Source: Eledone cirrhosa
Lineage: Eukaryota
DNA: 64,000 nt
Assembly: GCA_964016885.1 (NCBI GenBank)
Contig: OZ024744.1
Location: 37,200,001-37,264,000 of the forward strand
Direction: 5' to 3'
A program made the translations under genes and the position numbers. The notes below the pieces were generated by a model, which saw nothing but the letters and a program-made list of their open reading frames with translations, was not told the DNA's origin and did no database searches. Positions 1-12,199 of this stretch are shown one piece after another. Within the stretch, counting starts at the first letter, position 1. Each line of letters opens with the position of its first letter.

Positions 1-18
1 CCTAAACTGCTCCTAAAT

Positions 19-106
19 TCCTCGACTACGTAGTTTCGTGGCATAAACAAAAACAATATATCAAAGATATAGAGTCCTTGCGAGGTCTGCCAACTTATCA
101 AGAGGA
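19..106 (-). ncRNA. Type I hammerhead ribozyme, U3-A8 core variant (inverted unit)
   Basis: Reverse complement of the motif at 737-824. Confidence 0.85.
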
Positions 107-736
107 TACCTCATTTTACTAGTCTCAAGAACGCGTCTACACGACGTGAGAAAGAATCCCAAAAGGCGGAGGTGGAGATAGTCACGCGATATAACGGTCG
201 AGAAACAGAGCTAAGCCTCTTATAACCACGAAGAAAATACCACGGAGGCGGAGGGGGTATTCATATCGAGGCCGTAGAAGAGGTAGTGAAGAAGGCGAGA
301 AGTATGAGTAATGGAAGCTTTCCAGTTGTCCCCACACTTCAAAGATTGCTCGACCAGAGGGAGTTATTAATATATTTAGAAACACACAGATACATGCGGA
401 CACACACATATATACATGAATGCATCCGCACCCAACTGTGAGTTAAGGGTGCCAACTTCACCGATGTTGCTCAATGAATGACTGGGACAGACCAATTCAG
501 TTTGAACCAGACTGAACCAGTATCAGAGTTAAAAATACATTATGAAGAGAGAAGAAACATTTAGATATAATTAGTAATAAAATGTATCATTCCGCCTCCG
601 TGGTATTTTCTTCGTGGTTATAAGAGGCTTAGCTCTGTTTCTCGACCGTTATATCGCGTGACTATCTCCCCCTCCGCCTTTTGGGATTCTTTCTCACGTC
701 GTGTAGACGCGTTCTTGAGACTAGTAAAATGAGGTA

Positions 737-824
737 TCCTCTTGATAAGTTGGCAGACCTCGCAAGGACTCTATATCTTTGATATATTGTTTTTGTTTAT
801 GCCACGAAACTACGTAGTCGAGGA
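737..824 (+). ncRNA. Type I hammerhead ribozyme, U3-A8 core variant
   Basis: tcctc (737-741) TTGATAA (742-748) gttggca...tgccac GAAA (806-809) ctacgtag TC (818-819) gagga (820-824). Stem I tcctc/gagga. Stem II closed by G-C. Stem III is the palindrome ACTACGTAGT. GUC cleavage predicted after C819. Confidence 0.85.
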
Positions 825-1326
825 ATTTAGGAGCAGTTTAGGTATGATACATTTTATTACTAATTATATCTAAATGTTTCTTCTCTCTTCATAATGTATT
901 TTTAACTCTGATACTGGTTCAGTCTGGTTCAAACTGAATTGGTCTGTCCCAGTCATTCATTGAGCAACATCGGTGAAGTTGGCACCCTTAACTCACAGTT
1001 GGGTGCGGATGCATTCATGTATATATGTGTGTGTCCGCATGTATCTGTGTGTTTCTAAATATATTAATAACTCCCTCTGGTCGAGCAATCTTTGAAGTGT
1101 GGGGACAACTGGAAAGCTCCATTACTCATACTTCTCGCCTTCTTCACTACCTCTTCTACGGCCTCGATATGAATACCCCCTCCGCCTCCGTGGTATTTTC
1201 TTCGTGGTTATAAGAGGCTTAGCTCTGTTTCTCGACCGTTATATCGCGTGACTATCTCCCCCTCCGCCTTTCGGGATTCTTTCTCACGTCGTGTAGACGC
1301 GTTCTTGAGACTAGTAAAATGAGGTA

Positions 1327-1414
1327 TCCTCTTGATAAGTTGGCAGACCTCGCAAGGACTCTATATCTTTGATATATTGTTTTTGTTTATGCCACGAAAC
1401 TACGTAGTCGAGGA
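1327..1414 (+). ncRNA. Type I hammerhead ribozyme, U3-A8 variant (tandem copy)
   Basis: Same motif as 737-824. Confidence 0.85.
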
Positions 1415-1917
1415 ATTTAGGAGCAGTTTAGGTATGATACATTTTATTACTAATTATATCTAAATGTTTCTTCTCTCTTCATAATGTATTTTTAACTCTG
1501 ATACTGGTTCAGTCTGGTTCAAACTGAATTGGTCTGTCCCAGTCATTCATTGAGCAACATCGGTGAAGTTGGCACCCTTAACTCACAGTTGGGTGCGGAT
1601 GCATTCATGTATATATGTGTGTGTCCGCATGTATCTGTGTGTTTCTAAATATATTAATAACTCCCTCTGGTCGAGCAATCTTTGAAGTGTGGGGACAACT
1701 GGAAAGCTTCCATTACTCATACTTCTCGCCTTCTTCACTACCTCTTCTACGGCCTCGATATGAATACCCCCTCCGCCTCCGTGGTATTTTCTTCGTGGTT
1801 ATTAGAGGCTTAGCTCTGTTTCTCGACCGTTATATCGCGTGACTATCTCCCCCTCCGCCTTTCGGGATTCTTTCTCACGTCGTGTAGACGCGTTCTTGAG
1901 ACTAGTAAAATGAGGTA

Positions 1918-2005
1918 TCCTCTTGATAAGTTGGCAGACCTCGCAAGGACTCTATATCTTTGATATATTGTTTTTGTTTATGCCACGAAACTACGTAGTC
2001 GAGGA
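1918..2005 (+). ncRNA. Type I hammerhead ribozyme, U3-A8 variant (tandem copy)
   Basis: Same motif as 737-824. Confidence 0.85.
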
Positions 2006-2508
2006 ATTTAGGAGCAGTTTAGGTATGATACATTTTATTACTAATTATATCTAAATGTTTCTTCTCTCTTCATAATGTATTTTTAACTCTGATACTGGTT
2101 CAGTCTGGTTCAAACTGAATTGGTCTGTCCCAGTCATTCATTGAACAACATCGGTGAAGTTGGCACCCTTAACTCACAGTTGGGTGCGGATGCATTCATG
2201 TATATATGTGTGTGTCCGCATGTATCTGTGTGTTTCTAAATATATTAATAACTCCCTCTGGTCGAGCAATCTTTGAAGTGTGGGGACAACTGGAAAGCTT
2301 CCATTACTCATACTTCTCGCCTTCTTCACTACCTCTTCTACGGCCTCGATATGAATACCCCCTCCGCCTCCGTGGTATTTTCTTCGTGGTTATAAGAGGC
2401 TTAGCTCTGTTTCTCGACCGTTATATCGCGTGACTATCTCCCCCTCCGCCTTTCGGGATTCTTTCTCACGTCGTGTAGACGCGTTCTTGAGACTAGTAAA
2501 ATGAGGTA

Positions 2509-2596
2509 TCCTCTTGATAAGTTGGCAGACCTCGCAAGGACTCTATATCTTTGATATATTGTTTTTGTTTATGCCACGAAACTACGTAGTCGAGGA
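2509..2596 (+). ncRNA. Type I hammerhead ribozyme, U3-A8 variant (tandem copy)
   Basis: Same motif as 737-824. Confidence 0.85.
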
Positions 2597-2829
2597 ATTT
2601 AGGAGCAGTTTAGGTATGATACATTTTATTACTAATTATATCTAAATGTTTCTTCTCTCTTCATAATGTATTTTTAACTCTGATACTGGTTCAGTCTGGT
2701 TCAAACTGAATTGGTCTGTCCCAGTCATTCATTGAGCAACATCGGTGAAGTTGGCACCCTTAACTCACAGTTGGGTGCGGATGCATTCATGTATATATGT
2801 GTGTGTCCGCATGTATCTGTGTGTTTCTA

Positions 2830-3100
<271 letters not shown>

Positions 3101-5769
3101 TGAAAACAAAAAAAAGAAAAAGAAAAAGCGAGAGAAACAGAAACAGAAGCTGTTATTCTTCTCATTATTTAAACTATAGTTGAATGACTATTCTCTAAAT
3201 CTGTTATATGATCTCTCATTCCATTATAGACGGATGCATATAAACGTTGTTGATAAGGTATAATTTTTATGCCAAATCGATTTCAATGTTTACGAGTGTT
3301 TAGTTTCACCACAAAGATGTTGATATTGATAAACTCCGTTCAGAAAATTTTGTATAGATTGACATGAAGCATTATAGCAGGCAAATGATCAATATGGTTC
3401 CAGCCTAGAAATAGGCTTTTAGCATATTGATGCAGTATGTTAGATGTGATGTAGTTCTTGTAAAAGAAAAGTATCTTTGTACTACAATATATATTTATTT
3501 TAAACATTTGTTGCTGAATTGCTGGTTGGAAACCATTAAAAGAGTCGTTAATTTTTTGATCAGTCGACGAAGAGGTATTTCAAAAATAGTTTCAGTTAAA
3601 AGGAAGCACCGGATTTTCATATTAAAAATGCTTGTAAAAGTTTTTGTTGTTCCGTCGATTCCATATTTCTTTAGAGGATTTTTCCATGATACAATTTGTG
3701 AGAAGGCTGGTTCTTTACATTACAGGGACAACTTATTTGGGGAGCGTAGTGTGGACTTGAGTAGTAAGAGATAATGTGCATACCTCAAGGGTACAACGTG
3801 TCACCAGAAATCGAAGGCATGACCCCACTCCTCCCTATGGGGAGCCGATCACACTAACGTGTAAGCCATGCATCTTCACCAAATTTAGTAACTTTATGAC
3901 TTTTTTTTCTTAATCATGAAATAGGTTTTGGTTACTATGTCTGTCGCGAAGATGACTGTTTCACTTTTTATTTACTTGCCCCTTTTAAACGTTGCTTTCT
4001 TACGATTATCTATTCCCAAATCCAGACATATGGAGGAAGCTCTTGTCTATTTTTAAAATCCTTTCGTGTTCTCAGTCATTCTTCCCATGGATTTTCAATT
4101 CTTCCAAATTAAATAAATGGGTGATCTTCGTATCCTTATAACTTGTTAAGTTGTGATAATAGAATTAAAATGAGACAGAAAAGGACCGGAAAAGTGGGTA
4201 ACTTTCCAGGAGTTCTGTGTAGACTCTTGGTGTTGTCTATATTAGGAGTCTGTCAGCGTTTGATAGTGGGAGTAATTCATTTAATTCTGCCCCAATTGTT
4301 CTGGTTGTTGTCTTTGTTCTTGTTTATGAATACCATTGACTCAATGTTGTCCTTCTGGACATCTGTGACATTGCAGATAGTTATAACTTGTGGTTGTTGT
4401 CGTTTCAACATCCCTAGCTCTGCTCGTCTGAGCTGCAGTCATTCGCCACTTCTGTATGTTCTGTCTTTCGAACTACTATTGCCGAGTAGCGAAGGTGTTG
4501 ACTGTGGGAAGTCACTTGTAGTGCATTGCATCACTTCTTATGTGTCTTTTAGTTTGATATTCCTAGTGTTATTTGAGTGTTTGTTTTGTTGAATGGAGTA
4601 TGTGTCATTATGTTAGGGTGTAAATATGTGTAATCCGTGTTATGTATCTTAGTGACCTGTTTTTGATGTGTGGTTTTTTGTTTATGTACCCTTTCGGTCT
4701 ATTCGATGTCAGCCCTACACTGTGAGTCTTTCGTCCTTGTTGTGCCTCTAATATCGCACACCCTTCTAACCAATAAGAGAAACTATTAAATTTAAGCCCT
4801 GCAACTATATGTGTGAAGTTTTTTTTTCTCCCAAACAATTTCCTCTACTTTAATATTCATAAGTTCTTATTTCTAGGTTGTTTACCACTTTGTCTGGTGT
4901 TTTTCATGGAGAACATACTTATTTATTCAACACATGATAAACATTTTGGAGAATCATAAAATAAAACCTTTCGGAATTGTAATTGTTTGGCAAGTGACTT
5001 GATGTTAGACCGCATGTTGGAACTGAACTAATTATAACGTGAAAGAATCAGTTTAAAGATCTAAAAAAGAAAACAAAACGAAAAAAAAAATCATCTAAAT
5101 TATTATATTAATTTTTCATTCCTCAAATATTTTACGTTTTATGTTTTATTCATTTCAAATTTTCACAAAACCTTTACAATATTATAATGACAAAATAAAC
5201 GAAATAAATGAAAAGAGAATACAACAGTTTTTGTTGGGTGGGTTAAAATGGCTAAAATGGCTCTTCCACGGCGTGGATGTAACGTGTTCAATTAACTATT
5301 TTTAATGTTATTACTGAACAATACATATTTATCCGGGGATGGGGATAAAAGATAGATTTCTAACATTTTCTTTTAGGAATATTCCTATATTTTTAACGAG
5401 TATAGTATCCTATTTCTGAGAATTGGCAGAAAAGGTAGGACGTCAGACAGAATATCAATTAGTTGCATTTTTGTTGTAATAGTTCCGACGACTTGTAATA
5501 TTACTTTTCATTCTATCATGATCGAGGAAATAAAGTACCGCCAGTTAATAGCGGTTGGTTGGAGAAATTGTAAGAATGTCGGGTGAGATACATTGTGGTA
5601 TCTTAGACGATTCTTTGAATCCCTTCTATCGGAAAATGTATTCGCTAGAACGTTGGATAAATGTTTGGCAATATTTGCTTCAGCTCTGACTCTTTACGTT
5701 CTGAGTTCAAACATTACCAATTTAGCTTTGCCTTTTATCCTTATGGGGTCGATGAAATAAAGGACTACT

Positions 5770-6230
5770 AATGCACCTGGTTTCAGAAGGGCTCTCATCA
5801 ATTTGAATCAATCGAAAACATTCGATAGGGTCAACCATCCATACATGGCGACTGTCCTCAAAGCAGCTGGTTTCGGTCTCGTCTTCAGAGGCTGGATCGC
5901 TGCAATGCACAGCAGCAATGCACAGCAGCAATGCACAGCAGCAATGCACAGCAGCAATGCACAGCAGCAATGCACAACGACATTGCTCGGTGTTCAAAGT
6001 AAATGTCCACTTCACGCGCTCCGGATCACGCGCTCGGTCTGTCAATGACACCCTCTCTCGTCTCTTCTGTACATACTTACTCTCGAGGCGCTACTGCGGA
6101 AGCTGGAGCTGTTGTAGGGTATCCTGCTCGAGCCGGGGCGTAAAAGGGCTGCCTTGACCTATGTGTACGACGTCATTGTGATAGTGTTGAACACTTCGGA
6201 AATCGATTTGGTCAGCTGACCGACATGTTT
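5770..6230 (+). pseudogene. Decayed Tx1-type LINE reverse transcriptase fragment
   Basis: NQSKTFDRVNHPYMATVLKAAGFGLVFRGWIAAMHS aligns with DQSKAFDRVDHRYLEAVLRAAGFGPVFRGWIAAMHS of the element at 45-51 kb. A matching 3' tail (cccttgtggcca..aaagaa) lies at about 6590-6606. Confidence 0.85.
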
Positions 6231-7394
6231 GCCCCAGTTCGCACCTAACCAAATTGGGGTCTCTGTTCTTCACTTTTTTGTGGAAGGGATTGGTTCCACT
6301 GGTGCGGTAGTTGATCTGCTGCCAACAACCTTTATGTGGAGGGATGGGCTTACCGTAGCAGATGATTCGAAAACATACACTGAGGTTACGTCATCTCCAG
6401 ATATTACTAAACAGTCAACTGGTTTGGCCACCATGCCAGGCACGTCTCTGCCGTCGTAGGTCTAGCAAAGACCGAGACCTGGCCGCTAATTTTATTATTT
6501 ATTGCTATCAGTTTTATTTGTCTAACGCTTTCAAGTTTTTTCTAAATCCACCCCGACTCTGTCTTTTGTATTGCCCTACATGTTTTGGCCCTTGTGGCCA
6601 AAAGAATTAATATAAATATTTTGCTTTATTCTTTCTTTATTATAAAGACAAGTGTCGCTTTCACACAGACCAGCACTCTGCGTTTGCATACATATTCCAT
6701 TAACCGCTTTCTTTCCATTAATTTTCTTGCCTATTTCTCTTTTAACTGCTGTCATTATTCCACTAATCTCACTTGGCATAATATTGATGTTGTATCCTCT
6801 CTTGCCTTCACGCATTTCAAATTTTCCTATTTCTTAGTGTCTTCTTTCCTGGATGTTTTATTCACTAGGACTAGCAATATCGATAGGAATATTATTGATA
6901 AATCGGGTCTCTTCCAAGTGGTAATTTTATGGTTTTATGTGTGCAATATTTAAATTCCAACGGGTTTGTTTTTTTGTTATTCTCTCAAGAGATGCTTTTG
7001 TTGGATTTATAAAAATGATACACAAAATGTTCTTCAGTCAATCGTTCTTCTCCTTTTTATCAGATAATACTTGGATTACATTATCATACTAGACTACTAG
7101 AATACATTATCATACATTTTAATCATGAGGCGCGTGGCCTAGTGGTAACGGTGTTGAACTTACAGTCATAAAGTAGTGGAGGGAAACATGTGTAACTATA
7201 TGCCGACGTAAACCACGTCAATAGTTTCCTTTTTGGTTCACACTTTATATGGAAAAGGGGGGAAAGAAAGTTTAACATACATCAAGATTGTGTAAATAAA
7301 AACCATTAATCTGGATACCTAAATATGGAATGTTAGGTGACACCCACCCCCGCACACATACTCCCCCCCACCCACCCACCATCCACACACACAG

Positions 7395-7566
7395 CCCCGG
7401 TGGACAGAATAGAGAAGGTGTTCCCATTGAGGACGGCAAGGGAGACGCGCTGGAAAAGCCACTCCAACTCGCGGGTTCACACCTGCGGCTGGCCAGCTCA
7501 CCGCCTATGGTGGTGAGTAGGGAGGAAGCCCTAGGGCCGAGGACACCAGAACTCTCCGCTGTTTCC
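7395..7566 (-). mobile_element. 3' end of a CRE-like RLE non-LTR retrotransposon
   Basis: With one frameshift it reads ESSGVLGPRASSLLTTIGGELASRRCEP.ELEWLFQRVSLAVLNGNTFSIL, resembling the FQRLS.AV.RGN C-terminus of CRE-clade endonucleases. Confidence 0.65.
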
Positions 7567-8140
7567 TTTTGGGGGGGATGTTTTAATAACAAACGTCTAC
7601 AGTTATCAATACACGGCTGATAGATTCACACAATAATTTTCACATGCTAAATACTGAAAGGTTTATGAGTCAAAAGTATATTATTTACGTTTTCTTTTAA
7701 TTGCTTAGTGTTATGAGGAAAATCAGCTCCCGTGATACTTTATAGCGCCTACCTGGGTGGTGGATGAAAGAAGGAAATTATTTTTTTCAGACCAGAGTGT
7801 TGGATAAAATATTTATAGTAGCGTAGATTCCACTAAACATACCCTAGCGCCAAGTTATAGAAAACAAGTCCCAAATAATTTCTCAAGCAAATGTCGTGTC
7901 ATAAGTTATATGTTAGTCTGCAGGTTATTTGGTAGTGATTCCTCATTTAAATAAAATAGGGTTTGAAGGTTGAATTATCTAAATGAAACGCACAGTCAGA
8001 TGTCCCCAACGATTGATTTAACTTACAAGTTAAGAACATGTGCGATTCATCCGACGTTCTTTTACAACGTCGCTGTATACTAAAGTTTCACACTTATACT
8101 GCAAAAGCTTTCCGTCAAATGCCAATGGGGGTATCTACAA

Positions 8141-8340
8141 CAAGCATATCAAACTGAGGGTCCCCTCGAGGACCACATGGGTCACATATGTGTTGTCTGA
8201 AGGTCCACACACGACAACTAATTGCACACATTTCAACACATTTTAAAAATGTTATATTACGACGATAATCCATGTGCAGGCCGCAGGTGTGCTTGTAAAG
8301 GGCCACATGCGGCCCGCGGGAAGCATATTTGACATGGTTG
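8141..8340. mobile_element. Non-autonomous hAT-type (Charlie-like) MITE, 200 bp
   Basis: Imperfect TIRs caagcatatcaaa / tttgacatggttg. GC-rich subterminal gcggcccgcggg. Exact 8-bp TSD ATCTACAA at 8133-8140 and 8341-8348. Confidence 0.85.
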
Positions 8341-8784
8341 ATCTACAAGATTATATTCGTTTCATCTTTAAAAATTGTTGGAAAAGATATTTTTACCATC
8401 GATGACGGAATTGGTCTCGAGAATGGTATACTTACTGATTCAGCTACAGTTAGGCAGAGTATGGGAGGGATGTGTGTACAATATGTTACTATCTCGTAAC
8501 TTATCAAAGACACTGCACGTTGTTAATCTAGAAATATTGGCTAGCCCGATTATATTGATTCCCACATTCTGATTTACATAATTTATGTAAACTCTCGTTT
8601 TACATAAACATGTAACTTTATTCAGTTTTGAAAGAACCAGGGAAATGTAGGAGAGTAATTGGTGCCTTTAAATAAATAAAAAAAGAAATCATTCACTCGT
8701 AATTTTTCGGAATAATTTTTGTGAGTGAGATTATAAATAAATCTAATAACAAAATGTTGTTGTTTGCTTGAAGCATTGTATATA

Positions 8785-9176
8785 ATATATAACGCGGAAA
8801 GTGATATAAGACTAAACAATGCAAAATGGACTGTAAGACGAAGGTAATGTAAAAGTAAGTTACCTGGTTATCTTTGTTTTGTTTTTTCGTCCTACTATTT
8901 CAGGCCCTAAAATTCCCTTCATCAGAGTATATGGAACTCAGAGAAACATGTTCTGGTTGTTTTACTCCAAAGAGAAGAAACCGGAAGATTTTTCTCCGAG
9001 TTCCTTATACTCTGAATAAGGGAATTTTAAGTGCTGAAACATTCGGACGAAAGAAACAACAGCAACAACAAAAACAAAGCAACACAAAGATTACCAGGTA
9101 ACTTACTTTTTTGTTACCTTCATCTTACTATAAATTTTGCATTGTTTAGCCTTATATCACTTTCCACGTTATATAT
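8785..9176. mobile_element. Inverted pair of short pLTR-like repeats with degenerate hammerhead cores; third copy at 25116-25272
   Basis: Arms at about 8785-8930 and 9008-9176 are diverged reverse complements. Cores read ctgatga-agggaattttagggcct-gaaa (-) and ctgaata-agggaattttaagtgct-gaaa (+). The 25 kb copy has ctgaaga-a-ggga..tccc-gaaa. Stems I and III are decayed. Confidence 0.6.
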
Positions 9177-9398
9177 CTAGTGTTTTTGTTGGTTAGCTCA
9201 AGTTGAGACCCCAAGGAACAAATAATTTCATGAAGGACATTCCAGCTGTAATATTTCACCTTTATAAACTAAAAACCAGATTTTCCGTATCTGATACAGC
9301 CATCCAGTTTCTACCGACGTAATTTGTGAGAGAAGTGCTTGGTATTTCTAACAAATCAAGTAGTAATGTAGAAGCTATCATATTGGCACATATAAATA

Positions 9399-9502
<104 letters not shown>

Positions 9503-12199
9503 AAGTTGTCAAACTAAAAAAAGTTGACATTTAAAAGGGATCTCATGAGTTCATAGAAAAGGTAAGCACCAAGCAAACTGGATATGCAAACTTGTATAGA
9601 TTCCTATTCACGGGCAATTCTTGCTATTTACATTGCTAATACCCTTAGAATAGGTATGTCTATTATACGATCACATTTCTATTTCCCCGATGGCATGAGA
9701 CATTGTGCCTATCTAATAAAAACATAAAAAAGTATGTAATTACATTTATATTAGACGTAGTTTCAATGATTTTACGGCAATTAGATTCTAAAAATGGCTG
9801 TTAGACAGGAAATGAAAATTCGGGGAGTATTTGGAGCGATGTTGTTCATTGGAAGATATTTAATTTTTACAAGAAGTAAACGACAACTATCATCTCAATA
9901 TCTGATTTTCCCCGTTAAAAAAACAAAAGGAGAAATTGTTATACTGTTAGCTATAGGAAAAAGATGACAATCTATCTATAAATGAAGGAAGATATTTTAC
10001 ATGCTAAAACTTTGGGATGAGAAATAAGTTCCAACTAATGGACTGAATTATTTTCCCAAGCAAATGTCGCAGTGTAGGTTGGATGTTAGCTTGCAGGGTG
10101 TTTGGTTGTGATTCTTCATTTAGATAAAATAAGGCATATAGATAAAATTATCTAAAACGAAACATGCATCAAAATGATTCCAGTTAGCTATCTGCACGTG
10201 ACCTTGATATGGAACTACATAAATATAGTTTGTTTTTCACTAAGAATTTAATTTAAGATTTTTTATGAAAAACTATCTTGTTTCTATCGATCTATCTACA
10301 AGTTCTAGACATTTCTTCTGTAGCATATTGTCTGTGAAAGTTTAAACCAATTATTGTTGCTGTTGTTGTTGTTGTTGTTATTATTCTTATCATCATATTG
10401 AATAAAAAAAAGAATTATTGCCTTTGGAAGAACTATTCTTATAGATTTTTATTTGCTTTTCGTATGAGTAGTGCGATTGGTGAAATATATGTGGCAAAAT
10501 ACAGGTAATGGGATAAATCAGAGGATGAGGAAAGAAGAGAGGAAAGAAAACTGACAAAGAAATGATTACTAAACAAAATGGGAGTAAAAGTTTCATAGAA
10601 AACCTTTTGTAGCGATGCATGCCATTTACTGCCAAGAACAATTATCTTGTTCAAAACCTTGTGTTATATAGCAAGAATATTATCATGAAGCTTAAGAGTC
10701 TCTTTTTATGAAAAGACACGTTAACTGATATCACTCATTTGTTTATAGAAATAGATCCTATTGAGCTGTTGTTTTAAAATGATAGATTACGTACAGTAAG
10801 ATTGCCTCAACTCGGAGGTGAAATTGGATTGTAGTCTCATCTCACTAGGAAATTCACACAAATACAATTCAGAAGTATCAAAACACCAACTCATTAATTA
10901 GTAGAAAAAATATAATGAATATTATATTAATCTCTTTGGGAATAGTTTGATTAATTCGTATATAATTTGATAAGACGTTTCTTTACTAATCTGGCTATTT
11001 TTGTGTATCAAAATAAGAATGCTGAATAATGAAATGATTTCTGGTCAGGGCCGAGAGTGAACAATTTACGGAAGAAATGTGACATTTATGAAAGAAATAA
11101 AATATTTAAACAATAGAAATAAAGTCGTTGATTCGACTTATAAAGGGTTTACCTCATGTTATAATTTAAATATACCGGTAGAATGGTAGAATCGTTATAG
11201 CACCTGAAAAAAAATGTCTTGTGCCATTTGTTCCGTGTCTTTACGTTCTGCTTTAAAATACCGCTGAGGTCATTTTTACCTTTCATTTTTCTGGAGTCGA
11301 TAAAAAATGTCTTTAGCCTAAGAACAATGTAATCGACTTTTTCTTCTAACTAAATTACATCGGCATTTAGTTTATCGATCCCATCGGGATCATAGGCATG
11401 GCTATACGGTCATGTGATCAATATGTTTGCCTTGCAATTACAAGACCGGGTGTTCAACCAAGTTACCATCAACCTTCGAGGAGTATCTTTTCCTATTATA
11501 TCGAGCCGACCTGATCTAACGGGTGAAAGATGACTGTGGCTACTGCTATTGCAATAGAACGGTGATGATGTAATATGGCAAACATCATTGAACAACTTTG
11601 TAGAAGAGCAATAGTAATTGCTCGCAAAATAGATTGTTGATTTACTTAATGATTCTTTTAATCCTACATGAAATAAGTATGGATTCTTTGATAGATGCCT
11701 TTTTTGTATTCAGTGAGTTATATCTAAAGATTGGATCTTCGCGTACATCATCTTGAGTATCTTTACTTGATTTCATTTCGTTGCAAACATTTGACCCAAA
11801 TGTTATGGCAGATGAAGACTCGATACGATGGTTCGCTGCTTTCAACAGTAGAACAATTATGGCGTTGTGGATACGCTTTACGCTTCACAAACACGCCGGT
11901 GCAGAATTTAATTTCATTAAGAAAATATATTTCGGCGTAAATTGCTGTAAATGGAGGAACGTAAACGGAAACTGTTCGAAAATGTCAGTTATATGTAATA
12001 TATATTTGTGAAATGGGTGGTGGTTGAAATTCAGTTGTGCACGGTTAAATGGTAGTAGACGTGGTCTGACGGACAGGAAAATGTACACACCTATTTAAAA
12101 AGTGCCAAGGAAGCAAATAGATGAGGTTTCAAATCTCTAACTTGAAAAATGTGGTCCCTAGGCCCCCAAAACGGTCTATTTACTATCGCTTTCGGTGAG

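Noticed and set aside
535-590. Possible opposite-polarity hammerhead (tacatt-ATGAAGA-gagaa-GAAA...aatgta) in the 591-bp unit
   Set aside because: A3 cannot pair with G8, there is no stem II and no clean stem III, so an ambisense viroid-like pair is not supported.
1615-1842. 75-aa ORF repeated in each 591-bp unit
   Set aside because: It starts at GTG in a microsatellite-like stretch, spans the unit junction, is frameshifted in one copy, is not preserved at the 62-kb locus, and has no recognisable domain.
11642-11845. Possible host exon
   Set aside because: Short ORF with no recognisable motif and no convincing splice sites.
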